Below are positions 44,266 to 52,472 of a DNA stretch of 64,000 bases, piece by piece. The notes beneath the pieces were generated by a model. The model saw only the letters and a list, made by a program, of their open reading frames with translations. It was not told where the DNA came from and did not search any database. The stretch is from Candidatus Limnocylindrales bacterium (GTDB lineage: Bacteria > Chloroflexota > Limnocylindria > Limnocylindrales > CSP1-4), in the NCBI GenBank assembly GCA_036003325.1, contig DASYSM010000111.1, positions 2,231-66,230 on the forward strand, written 5' to 3'. The first letter of the stretch is position 1. Each line of letters begins with the position of its first letter. Position numbers and translations under genes: made by a program.

Positions 44266-46639
44266 CACCGGTCAGGCTGATCGGCCGGGCGGGGGCGACC
44301 GGCAACCCGGTCTGATCGGCGGCGTCCACCCGACGCGCCTCCTGCATCCCGCGCCAGATGCGCGGCGCGGTCATCGGCAGGCTCCGATAGCGGACCCCGG
44401 TCGCGGCGTGGACCGCGTTGGCGACGGCGGCCGCAGCGCCACACACCGGGCCTTCGCCGATGCCGCGGGCACCGTACGGCCCATCGGTCGACGGCACCTC
44501 CACGAGAAGCGTCTCGAACCGCGGACTGGCATCCGCCGTCGGGAGCGCGTAGTCGAGGAACGTCCCGGTCAGCAGCTGGCCGCTGTCATCGAACAGCATC
44601 GCCTCGGACAGGGCCCAGCCGAGACCCTGGGTCGCGCCCCCGTGGAGCTGGCCCTCGATGATCGCCGGGTTGATGGCACGGCCGACGTCCTGGGCGATGA
44701 CGTGGTCGAGGACGCTGACGGCGCCACTCTCGCCGTCGACCCGGACGTGGACGAGATGGGCGACGGTCAGCGGCGCGAGACCCGGCGGGATCGAGCCGGC
44801 ATGTCCCTCGAGCGGTTCGTGGTTCGGCGACCAGCCGGCCATCCGCTCGCCGATGTCGGCAAGGGAGATCCCCCGTTCCGGCGTGCCTCTCGGACGGACC
44901 ATGGCGTCGACGATCTCGAGGTCGCGGACATCGATCTCGAGCGCGAGCGCCGCGTAGCCGAGGATCTTCTCGCGCAGGACCGCGGTCGCGCGCTCGACGG
45001 CACGGCCCATCGAGTAGGTCACGACGCTCCCGCCGCTGAACGGTGACCGGGGCGCGGAGGCGGTGTCGGCGGCGACGACCGAGACGTCCTCCGCGGCCAG
45101 TCCGAGGCCCTCCGCCGCGATGGCCGCGAAGCCCGTCATCGTGCCGGACATGTCCACGACGCCGGTGACGACAGTGATGCGCCCGTCGGGCTCGAGCCGG
45201 CAGATGGCCGAGGCAGCCTGCCGGCTCCCGGGCCAGGCGCCGGCGGCGATCCCGACGCCCTCGCCGTCCGGGAGCGACTCCCGACCACGGTAGAGCGGGT
45301 GGTCGGCGATCCGCCCGAGGCAGTCGGCCAGCCCCACGCTACCCCATGGCGTCCCGTCGGCCATCTCGTCGTCCGCGCCGACGAGGTTGCGGCGACGGAG
45401 CTCGGCCGGGTCGATGTCGACGCGGAGCGCCAGCTCGTCGATGAGCTGCTCGAGCGCGAATGTCGCCTGGGTCGCGCCGGGCGCCCGGTAGGCGCCGGTC
45501 CCGAAGCGGTTCGTCTCGATCCCGAAGCCGGTGACCTCGTGGGCGTCCCAGCGGTACGGCCCGATGGTCAGCACCGCCGCGATCCCCTCGATGCTCGATT
45601 CGGCGAACGCGCCGGCGTCGCACAACAGCCGTGCCTGGAGGCCGCGCAACATGCCGTCGCGGCTCGCGCCGATCCGGACATCGAGAAGCGTGGCCGGCGC
45701 GGGGTTGCTCATCCGGAAGTCTTCGTTCCGGGTCAGCTCGACGCGGACCGGACGGCCGACGACGAGCGTGGCCGCCGCGGCCAGCGGGTCGGCGATGAGG
45801 TACTTGCCGCCGAATGCGCCGCCGAGGGTCGCGCCGGTCACGCGGACGGCCGCCATCGGACGCCCGAACAGGCGCGCCAGCTCCCAGCGCGTGTGGAAGG
45901 TGCCCTGCGTCGCGCTGGTGACATGCAGGACGCCATCCTCGTCGACGGCCGCCGTCGCGACCTGGGGCTCGAGATAGCCCTGGTGGACCCAGCTCGTGGT
46001 GAACCGCCCCTCGACGACCACATCGCTGGCCGCGAGGACGGCGTCGACGTCCCCGCGCCGGTAGCCGACGCGGGCCGCGACGTTGTCCGACGCGGGCTCG
46101 TCGGGCGTGAACTCCTCGGTCCCGCCACCGACCGCGGCGTGCTGCGACTCGACGCTCCCCGACGCGGTCTCCTCGATCGACCGCGTGAGGCGGGCTCGGG
46201 CGGCGCCTGGCGCGAAGGCGCGCTCGAGGTCGACGACGGGTTCGAGGCGTGTCGTCTCGACGTGGACGAGGAGCGCCGCATCGGCGGCGGCCTCGGACGT
46301 CTCCGCCACGACGAGCGCGACCGGCTGGCCGGCCCACAGGATCTCGGTCCGGGCCAATGGCTCGTGGACGCGGTCGTTGCCCTCGGTGGCGATCGGCAGG
46401 TCCGCGGCGGTCAGCACGGCCACCACGCCCGGCACGGCGAGCGCCGCCGCGACGTCGATCCGTTCGATCCGTGCGTGCGTCGGCATGGCCAGCACCGGTC
46501 GGGCGTGGAGCATGCCGCGCACCGGGTAGTCGGCGGCGAACCGCGCCTGGCCGGTCACCTTCGGGCGGCCGTCGATCCGTGGCATCGAGCGCCCGATCGC
46601 GCTGGGCCTGGCATCCGGGCGAGCGTCCATCGATGTCAT
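44231..46639 (-). CDS. Xanthine dehydrogenase/aldehyde oxidase-family molybdopterin-binding subunit
   Basis: 802 aa. N-terminal RIDGRPKVTGQARFAAD and typical large-subunit length. C-terminal GIGEGPVCGAAAAVANAVHAATG. Confidence 0.8.
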   Translation of the reverse strand: MTSMDARPDARPSAIGRSMPRIDGRPKVTGQARFAADYPVRGMLHARPVLAMPTHARIERIDVAAALAVPGVVAVLTAADLPIATEGNDRVHEPLARTEILWAGQPVALVVAETSEAAADAALLVHVETTRLEPVVDLERAFAPGAARARLTRSIEETASGSVESQHAAVGGGTEEFTPDEPASDNVAARVGYRRGDVDAVLAASDVVVEGRFTTSWVHQGYLEPQVATAAVDEDGVLHVTSATQGTFHTRWELARLFGRPMAAVRVTGATLGGAFGGKYLIADPLAAAATLVVGRPVRVELTRNEDFRMSNPAPATLLDVRIGASRDGMLRGLQARLLCDAGAFAESSIEGIAAVLTIGPYRWDAHEVTGFGIETNRFGTGAYRAPGATQATFALEQLIDELALRVDIDPAELRRRNLVGADDEMADGTPWGSVGLADCLGRIADHPLYRGRESLPDGEGVGIAAGAWPGSRQAASAICRLEPDGRITVVTGVVDMSGTMTGFAAIAAEGLGLAAEDVSVVAADTASAPRSPFSGGSVVTYSMGRAVERATAVLREKILGYAALALEIDVRDLEIVDAMVRPRGTPERGISLADIGERMAGWSPNHEPLEGHAGSIPPGLAPLTVAHLVHVRVDGESGAVSVLDHVIAQDVGRAINPAIIEGQLHGGATQGLGWALSEAMLFDDSGQLLTGTFLDYALPTADASPRFETLLVEVPSTDGPYGARGIGEGPVCGAAAAVANAVHAATGVRYRSLPMTAPRIWRGMQEARRVDAADQTGLPVAPARPISLTGVRSSSRPRERP

Positions 46640-46718
46640 CGTACCCGGCGCGGCTTGTCCGCCCTGTTAGGCTGGGTGGTCCCAGGACGAGCGACCCGGG
46701 CGCGAGGAGGACGAGACG

Positions 46719-47294
46719 ATGTCGATCAGCAGGCTCATCCGGCTGGCAGTCGTGGGCTGGATCGTCAGCATGATCGTCGGCGCGATCGCGGCGATGAAGG
46801 CCAAGCAGGCCATCGGCCCCGACACCGACGAAAGCGCCGACAGGTTCAGCGCCAGCGCCATCTTCGGGCCGCTCGCCTACCACAGCACGGCAGCGGCCCT
46901 GCGCGATGGTCAGCTCGAGTGCTGGTACGGCGGCGGCGTGCTCGACCTTCGTGACGCCACCCTCGCCCCCGAAGGAGCCACCCTCCGCGTTCGGGCGATC
47001 TTCGGCGGCGGCCAGATCCTGGTCCCGGCCGGCTGGCGCGTCGTCACGTCCGTGCGCGGTCTCGGAGGCGTGTCGGACACCCGACCCGTGCAGGGACGCG
47101 CCGAGGACGCGCCCGAGCTGAGCGTCGAGGGCATGGTCTTCGCCGGCGGGTTCGCGATCATGTCCGAGCTCGACCACGACCAGGCCGAGTGGTTGGCGGA
47201 CATGGAGGCCAAGCCTGGCCACGGATCGACGGCGACGAACGGGACGTCGTCCGACAGCGGTCTGAACGAGCCGGAGATGACCCCAGCCGTCTAG
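46719..47294 (+). CDS. Membrane protein with a LiaF-like C-terminal domain (hypothetical)
   Basis: 191 aa with one N-terminal TM segment. The segment GGGVLDLRDATLAPEGATLRVRAIFGGGQILVPAGWRV resembles the LiaF/DUF2154 beta-rich domain. Weak call. Confidence 0.4.
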   Translation: MSISRLIRLAVVGWIVSMIVGAIAAMKAKQAIGPDTDESADRFSASAIFGPLAYHSTAAALRDGQLECWYGGGVLDLRDATLAPEGATLRVRAIFGGGQILVPAGWRVVTSVRGLGGVSDTRPVQGRAEDAPELSVEGMVFAGGFAIMSELDHDQAEWLADMEAKPGHGSTATNGTSSDSGLNEPEMTPAV

Positions 47295-47463
47295 CTGCCG
47301 GCGAGGGCGGTCCGTGCCTGTGCGGCATCGCCCTGAGAGGAGGCTGCAAGGCACGGCCGGCGCCTCGTTCCACCGCTGCCGCCGCCGCTCGGGCACGATT
47401 CGCGGCGACCCCCGGAAGACCCTGGTGTCCGTGCGGACGCCGACGCTCACAGGCGGTGCGAGC

Positions 47464-47976
47464 ATGTCCCGTTTCGAAGAATCGATCGACCTCGAGGTCC
47501 CGGTCCGCGTCGCGTACGACCAGTGGACCCAGTTCGAACAGTTCCCCACCTTCATGGACGGCGTCAAGCGCGTCGAGCAGCTCGATGACACGCACCTCCG
47601 CTGGACGGCGTCGATCGCCGGCAAGGAAGAAACCTGGGAGGCGGACATCGTCGACCAGACGCCCGATCGGCGGATCGCCTGGAAGAGCACCGCGGGCGCC
47701 GAGAATGCGGGCGCGGTCCTGTTCGAGCCGCTCGGCGCCGACGGGACGAGGATCACGCTCAGCCTGGACGCCGAGCCCCGCGGGCCGGTCGAGACCGCCG
47801 GCGATGCGCTGGGGTTCCTGCGCCGCCGGGTCCACGGCGACCTCGAGCGGTTCAAGGAGCAGATCGAGCGGCATGGCGGGGACGGCCGGGGCTGGCGCGG
47901 CGAGGTCCACGGCGACGAGGTCCGGCCCGACCCGACCGAGGGCCAGCCCGTCGGCGTGCGTCCCGACCGTTCCTAG
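47464..47976 (+). CDS. SRPBCC (polyketide cyclase/dehydrase-like) family protein
   Basis: ATG 47464 lies in ORF 47314..47976: MSRFEESIDLEVPVRVAYDQWTQFEQFPTFMDGVKRVEQLDDTHLRW. Confidence 0.7.
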   Translation: MSRFEESIDLEVPVRVAYDQWTQFEQFPTFMDGVKRVEQLDDTHLRWTASIAGKEETWEADIVDQTPDRRIAWKSTAGAENAGAVLFEPLGADGTRITLSLDAEPRGPVETAGDALGFLRRRVHGDLERFKEQIERHGGDGRGWRGEVHGDEVRPDPTEGQPVGVRPDRS

Positions 47977-47992
47977 GCTCTGACGTCGAGGC

Positions 47993-48811
47993 CTGTCCCC
48001 GGAGGGCACGCCGATCCGTCTCGGGACGTCGGGTTTCCTGTACGAGCACTGGCGCGGCCGGTTCTACCCGCCCGCGGCGCGGGGGACCGAACTGGAGTTC
48101 TACGCCGAGCGGTTCGACACGGTCGAGTTGAACGTCACCTTCTACCGGATGCCAGCGAGCGCGACGTTCCGGTCGTGGGCGTCCCGGGTGCCGTCGGGGT
48201 TCACCTTCGCGGTCAAGGCCAGCCGATACCTGACCCACGTCCGGCGACTGCAGGACCCGCGCGACGCGGTGTCGTTCCTGATGGACCGCGCCGGCGAGCT
48301 CGGCCCGCATCTCGGTCCGATCCTGCTGCAGCTGCCGCCCGACATGACGATCGATCTGGACCGGTTGGCAGACACGCTCGACGCCTTCCCTTCGTCAACG
48401 CGTGTCGCGGTCGAGCCCCGGCACCCGTCGTGGTACACGGATGCATGTCGCGCGGTGCTGACCGAGCACGGAGCGGCACTCTGCCTCGCGGACCGCCGAG
48501 GCCCGCTGATGCCCGCCTGGCGGACTGCGGACTGGGCGTACCTTCGCTTCCATGGGGGTCGCGCCCGCCCGGCACCGTGCTACGGGGATGCCGCGCTCGA
48601 GACATGGGCCGACCTCGTCCGAGAGACGTGGGGCGAGCGCGCCGACGGCTATGCCTACTTCAACAACGACCATCACGGCTGTGCCCTGCGCGACGCCGCG
48701 TCGTTCGGCCGCCTGCTGCGCGATCGGGTCACCCTCGGCCGGCTGCCGCCGATCGGCGATGAGGTGCTCGGCTTGCCGGCGGTCGCGGCCCAGCCGCGGC
48801 GGTCGACCTGA
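47993..48811 (+). CDS. DUF72-family protein (start codon unresolved)
   Basis: The conserved DUF72 N-terminus IRLGTSGFLYEHWRGRFYP is encoded in frame upstream of the first TTG (48128). No ATG, GTG or TTG lies between the in-frame stop at 47981 and 48128; only CTG 47993 and ATC 48014 are available. Confidence 0.6.
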   Translation: MSPEGTPIRLGTSGFLYEHWRGRFYPPAARGTELEFYAERFDTVELNVTFYRMPASATFRSWASRVPSGFTFAVKASRYLTHVRRLQDPRDAVSFLMDRAGELGPHLGPILLQLPPDMTIDLDRLADTLDAFPSSTRVAVEPRHPSWYTDACRAVLTEHGAALCLADRRGPLMPAWRTADWAYLRFHGGRARPAPCYGDAALETWADLVRETWGERADGYAYFNNDHHGCALRDAASFGRLLRDRVTLGRLPPIGDEVLGLPAVAAQPRRST

Positions 48812-48840
48812 CATAGCCGGGCATCGACTCACAGCGTGGT

Positions 48841-49215
48841 TGGTGGAGATGGGGGAGAGTCGAACTCCCCGTCCAGAACCCTTCGCCGGGACCCACTACG
48901 AGCGTGTCCGATGATTTGTCGTCGACCGTTCGAACGGGCATCGGCACCCTGCCGGACGGTCCAGTCACGTGCCCCTAGATCGGGCTTGACTCCGGATTAC
49001 GTGACGCTCGTCCGGATCGCAGCCTCGCTGCATGACGCTTCCACTACCCGCGAGGCGGAGGCAGCTTCCACGCTCACCTTACTGCCTAAGCAGCGAGGGC
49101 GAGAGTCGACTGGCGGTTGCCAGGTACTTCTTTTTGCCACGTGATTTACGAGGCCTAGTGGCATCCTCGGCTCGCGTTCCCCGGTAGCCAGACCCTGTCG
49201 AAACCACACATCCCC
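48841..49215 (-). ncRNA. ssrA: tmRNA (SsrA), about 375 nt
   Basis: On the minus strand the 5' end reads GGGGATGTGTGGTTTCGACAGGG and the 3' end reads GGGGAGTTCGACTCTCCCCCATCTCCACCA. The internal tag reading frame ends ...STLALAA-TAG (49086-49121). GC content is locally lower. Confidence 0.93.
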
Positions 49216-49456
49216 ACAGGTCCGAGAACCGGCTCGGACCGCGGATGGTAGCACGGGCCCGCGAGGAGGACCCCACCGGACGATGGGACCATCACCCGGA
49301 ACGTCCCCGGCTGGTAAGGTTGCGCTGGCCGAACCTCCCACGGGAGGACGGGGGACCCGACATCCCTGGGGCAAATCGCGACCGACGCGACGGCGGACCC
49401 AACGCCGAGCCCGACAGCTCACCTCGCAGGCCGGACGGGCTGCTTCGAGGTACGCC

Positions 49457-50689
49457 GTGTCCCGGCCATCGCTCCGTTCATCGACACCGCAGCTGCGTGC
49501 GGTCGGGCGCAACCTTGCGCTCGATACGGTCGCGTCGGTCGGCGTCGGCGTCACGGTCGCGCTGGTCACCACCCTTCTGCCGACCATCGCCCGACGCGGT
49601 GGCCTCGACCCGATCGGACTCGCCGCCCTCGCGGCAGCGCCGTTCGTCGCCAACCTCCTGGGAGCGTTCGCCGGCCGGATCGGTCCGCGGAGCCGCCGGC
49701 AGCTCGCGCTCATGCGTGCCGCGGGGGCGGCGTCGTTGCTGGTGCTCGGGCTCGTCTCGGCGGCGCCGGTCATGATCGCCGTCTCGGTCGTCTTCTGGCT
49801 CAGCCTCGCGCTGAGCGGACCCTATTACCTGCGCCTGTGGGGGACGATGTACCCGTCGCGCATCCTCGGCCGGGTCGTCGGGTTCCTCGGGTCGGGACGT
49901 GCGGCGGCGTCCGCCCTCGCCGCGCTCGCCGGCGGCATCCTGGCCGACCAGCTCGGTGGCGAGACGGCGGTCGCCCTGGCCGGGCTGGTCGGGCTCGCAT
50001 GTGCCCTCGCGTACGTGGGCCTTCGCTCGCCCGACACCGAGCGCCCACCGACGTATTCGGCCCGCGATTCGCTCCGCGCACTCCGTGAGCGGCCGGTCCT
50101 GTCGCGCATCGCCATGGCCCAGGGCTTCTACGGTGGCGGCCTGATCGCGGCCGTGCCGCTGTACGCGATCGTCAACGTCGACCGCCTGGACCTGTCCCTG
50201 TCCGACGTCGGGATCATCGGCATCCTGACGGCGGGTGCGACCACGCTGTCCTTCCTCGTGTGGGGCGCGGTCGCCGACCGGCGCGGACCGCTCGTCGCGA
50301 TGCGGCTGGGCAGCGCGTTCGGGCTCGCCGCGCTCGTCGCCTACGCCCTCGCGCCCGACGTGGCCGTCCTGTGGGTCGCCGCCATCGCCGCCGGCGCCGG
50401 CAGCGCCTCGATCGACGTCGGGATCGCCTCGGTCGTCAGCGACCACACGCCGCTGGCCTCGCGGGCGGCAGCCATGGCCGGCTGGAACGCGATCACGGGA
50501 GCGCGCGGGATCGTCGCCGCCTTCGCGATGAGCGTCGCCCTCCAGCTCGGCTGGGTGTCGGTGACGGGCGGCCTGCTCCTGTGCGCGGGCGTGTCGGCCA
50601 TCGGCGTGGTCATGTACATGCGCGCGAGCACGGTCGAGGTTCCGGCGCCGGCCCAGCGGCCGCTCGCGAGCCAGACCCAGACTGCCTAG
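49457..50689 (+). CDS. MFS transporter (about 12 TM)
   Basis: GTG 49457 lies in ORF 49283..50689. Polytopic from LALDTVASVGVGVTVALVTTLL onward. The upstream part of the ORF is R/P-rich and non-membrane. Confidence 0.7.
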   Translation: MSRPSLRSSTPQLRAVGRNLALDTVASVGVGVTVALVTTLLPTIARRGGLDPIGLAALAAAPFVANLLGAFAGRIGPRSRRQLALMRAAGAASLLVLGLVSAAPVMIAVSVVFWLSLALSGPYYLRLWGTMYPSRILGRVVGFLGSGRAAASALAALAGGILADQLGGETAVALAGLVGLACALAYVGLRSPDTERPPTYSARDSLRALRERPVLSRIAMAQGFYGGGLIAAVPLYAIVNVDRLDLSLSDVGIIGILTAGATTLSFLVWGAVADRRGPLVAMRLGSAFGLAALVAYALAPDVAVLWVAAIAAGAGSASIDVGIASVVSDHTPLASRAAAMAGWNAITGARGIVAAFAMSVALQLGWVSVTGGLLLCAGVSAIGVVMYMRASTVEVPAPAQRPLASQTQTA

Positions 50690-51762
50690 CCCCAGATGTC
50701 GCCGATGGTGAACCCGGCAGGGAACGGGTCGGTCGGGTCGACCACGTAGCTCGCGAGACCAGTGATCCATGCCTGGCCGCTGATGGTCGGGACGATCGCC
50801 CGGTACTCCCCGACCTGTGCCTCCTCGACCACCCGGCCGGTGAACACCGTGCCGAGGATCCCCTCGTGGCGGAACTCGTCGCCGATCCGCAGCAGGCCGC
50901 GAGCGGCCATCGTCGCCATCCGCGCCGACGTTCCCGTCCCGCACGGCGACCGGTCGATGGCGCCGGTCCACGTCGCGGGCCGCTCCCAGTCGAGGGTCCC
51001 GGTCGAGACGGTCACGACGTTCCGGCGACTGTTGGACGGATCGTGCGGCGGTCCTGACAGCTGCCCGATGGTGATGCCCGTGAAGCCCGGCTGGTCGGGA
51101 TGGACGACCGGCAGCTGCTCGCTGGCGGCCGCCTTGACCAGCTCGGTGATGCGGACGATGTCGGCGCCCTCGTCGGGGGTCAGCCGCAGTCCGAACCGTT
51201 CGGCATCGGCGATGGCGTAGAACATCCCGCCGTAGGCGACATCGACCACCACGGTCCCGAGCGTGGGCACCTCGACCGGCACGTCGAGGTGGGTGGCGAA
51301 CGCCGGCACATTGCGGAAGGTGACCGCGGTGACCTTCCCGTCCCGGCAATCGGCGCGGACCCGGATGAGCCCGGCCGGCGCCTCGAGCGTCAGCTCCGTG
51401 ATCGGCTCGGTCATCGGCAGCATCCCGGTCTCGAGCAGCACGGTCACCACGCATATCGTGTTGCTGCCGGACATCCCGGGATACTCGACCTGCTCCATGA
51501 TCACGTAGCCGGCATCGGCCTCGGGGTTCGACGACGGCAGGATGAGGTTGCAGTTGGCGGCGGGGTAGCCGCGCGGTTCGCGCAGCATCCGCAGACGCAG
51601 GTCGTCACTGTTTGCCTGGAGCCAGGTCATCGCCTCGAACATCGTGCCGCCGGGCACGCCCTCGACGCCCGACACGATCACCCGCCCGGGCTCGCCCGCG
51701 GCGTGAGCGTCGACGGCCTCGACGACCGGGCCGATCCTCAACCGACCGGGGAGCTCGGGCAC
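50686..51762 (-). CDS. Proline racemase / hydroxyproline epimerase superfamily enzyme (Ser/Cys active-site pair)
   Basis: GTG 51762 lies in ORF 50686..52065 and gives 358 aa. Motifs VDAHAAGEPGRV, PGMSGSNT (canonical MCGHN) and DRSPCGTGTSARMA. Confidence 0.75.
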   Translation of the reverse strand: MPELPGRLRIGPVVEAVDAHAAGEPGRVIVSGVEGVPGGTMFEAMTWLQANSDDLRLRMLREPRGYPAANCNLILPSSNPEADAGYVIMEQVEYPGMSGSNTICVVTVLLETGMLPMTEPITELTLEAPAGLIRVRADCRDGKVTAVTFRNVPAFATHLDVPVEVPTLGTVVVDVAYGGMFYAIADAERFGLRLTPDEGADIVRITELVKAAASEQLPVVHPDQPGFTGITIGQLSGPPHDPSNSRRNVVTVSTGTLDWERPATWTGAIDRSPCGTGTSARMATMAARGLLRIGDEFRHEGILGTVFTGRVVEEAQVGEYRAIVPTISGQAWITGLASYVVDPTDPFPAGFTIGDIWG

Positions 51763-51775
51763 GATCGCGGCGCCG

Positions 51776-52243
51776 CTACCGACCGCGTTGCACGTCGGCC
51801 AGCTCGCGGGCGACGTCGCGCCGGGCGTCGCGCTCGGCGATGTCGCGCCGCCGGTCATGGAGCTGCTTGCCACGCGCCAGCCCGAGCTCGATCTTGGCCC
51901 GACCGCGCCCGTTGATGTAGAGCCGGAGCGGGACGATGGTCTGGCCCTTGGCCTTCGTCCGACCCAGGAGCTCATCGATCTCGGAGCGGTGGAGGAGGAG
52001 CTTGCGGGTGCGTTTGGGTTCGTGGTTGTAGCGGTTCCCGCCCTCGAACGGTGCGATGTGGGCACCGACCAGCCAGGCCTCGTCGTGTTCGATCCGGGCG
52101 TAGGCGTCGGACAGATTCGCCTTGCCGGCGCGGAGCGACTTGATCTCCGTCCCGGTCAGGACGAGGCCCGCCTCGAACGTCTCGTCGATGGTGAAGTCGT
52201 GGCGGGCTCTTCGATTGAGTGCGACGGTCGATTCGTCGCCCAT
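51776..52243 (-). CDS. smpB: SsrA-binding protein SmpB
   Basis: 155 aa: NRRARHDFTIDETFEAGLVLTGTEIKSLR...GRTKAKGQTIVPLRLYI. Confidence 0.95.
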   Translation of the reverse strand: MGDESTVALNRRARHDFTIDETFEAGLVLTGTEIKSLRAGKANLSDAYARIEHDEAWLVGAHIAPFEGGNRYNHEPKRTRKLLLHRSEIDELLGRTKAKGQTIVPLRLYINGRGRAKIELGLARGKQLHDRRRDIAERDARRDVARELADVQRGR

Positions 52244-52472
52244 GGGAGTGCCTCCGGCGGGCCCGTGGTGGAAGGGGAAATCGCACGAACGCCGGCCCTA
52301 TGCGGGCCGGCGTCCGAGTGCTTAGCCACCCACAGGGTGTCCGACTAGACGGCCATCTCCTGCGAGGTGGTGCAGCTAGAGTGATCTATCACTGCACATC
52401 ACCTCCTTTCGTTCCCTCGAACCGTACCCGATGCGTGGACCGAGTGCAAGGGTGCGCTGCCGCGTCCCGACG

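Noticed and set aside
48811-49460. Genomic island or prophage integrated at the tmRNA 3' end
   Set aside because: No integrase, no duplicated tmRNA 3' segment (att repeat) and no compositional break. The flanking genes (DUF72, MFS) look native.
52398-52410. 16S rRNA fragment
   Set aside because: Only 13 nt match the 16S 3' tail. The flanking sequence has no rRNA character, so it is better read as an SD-like element on the minus strand.
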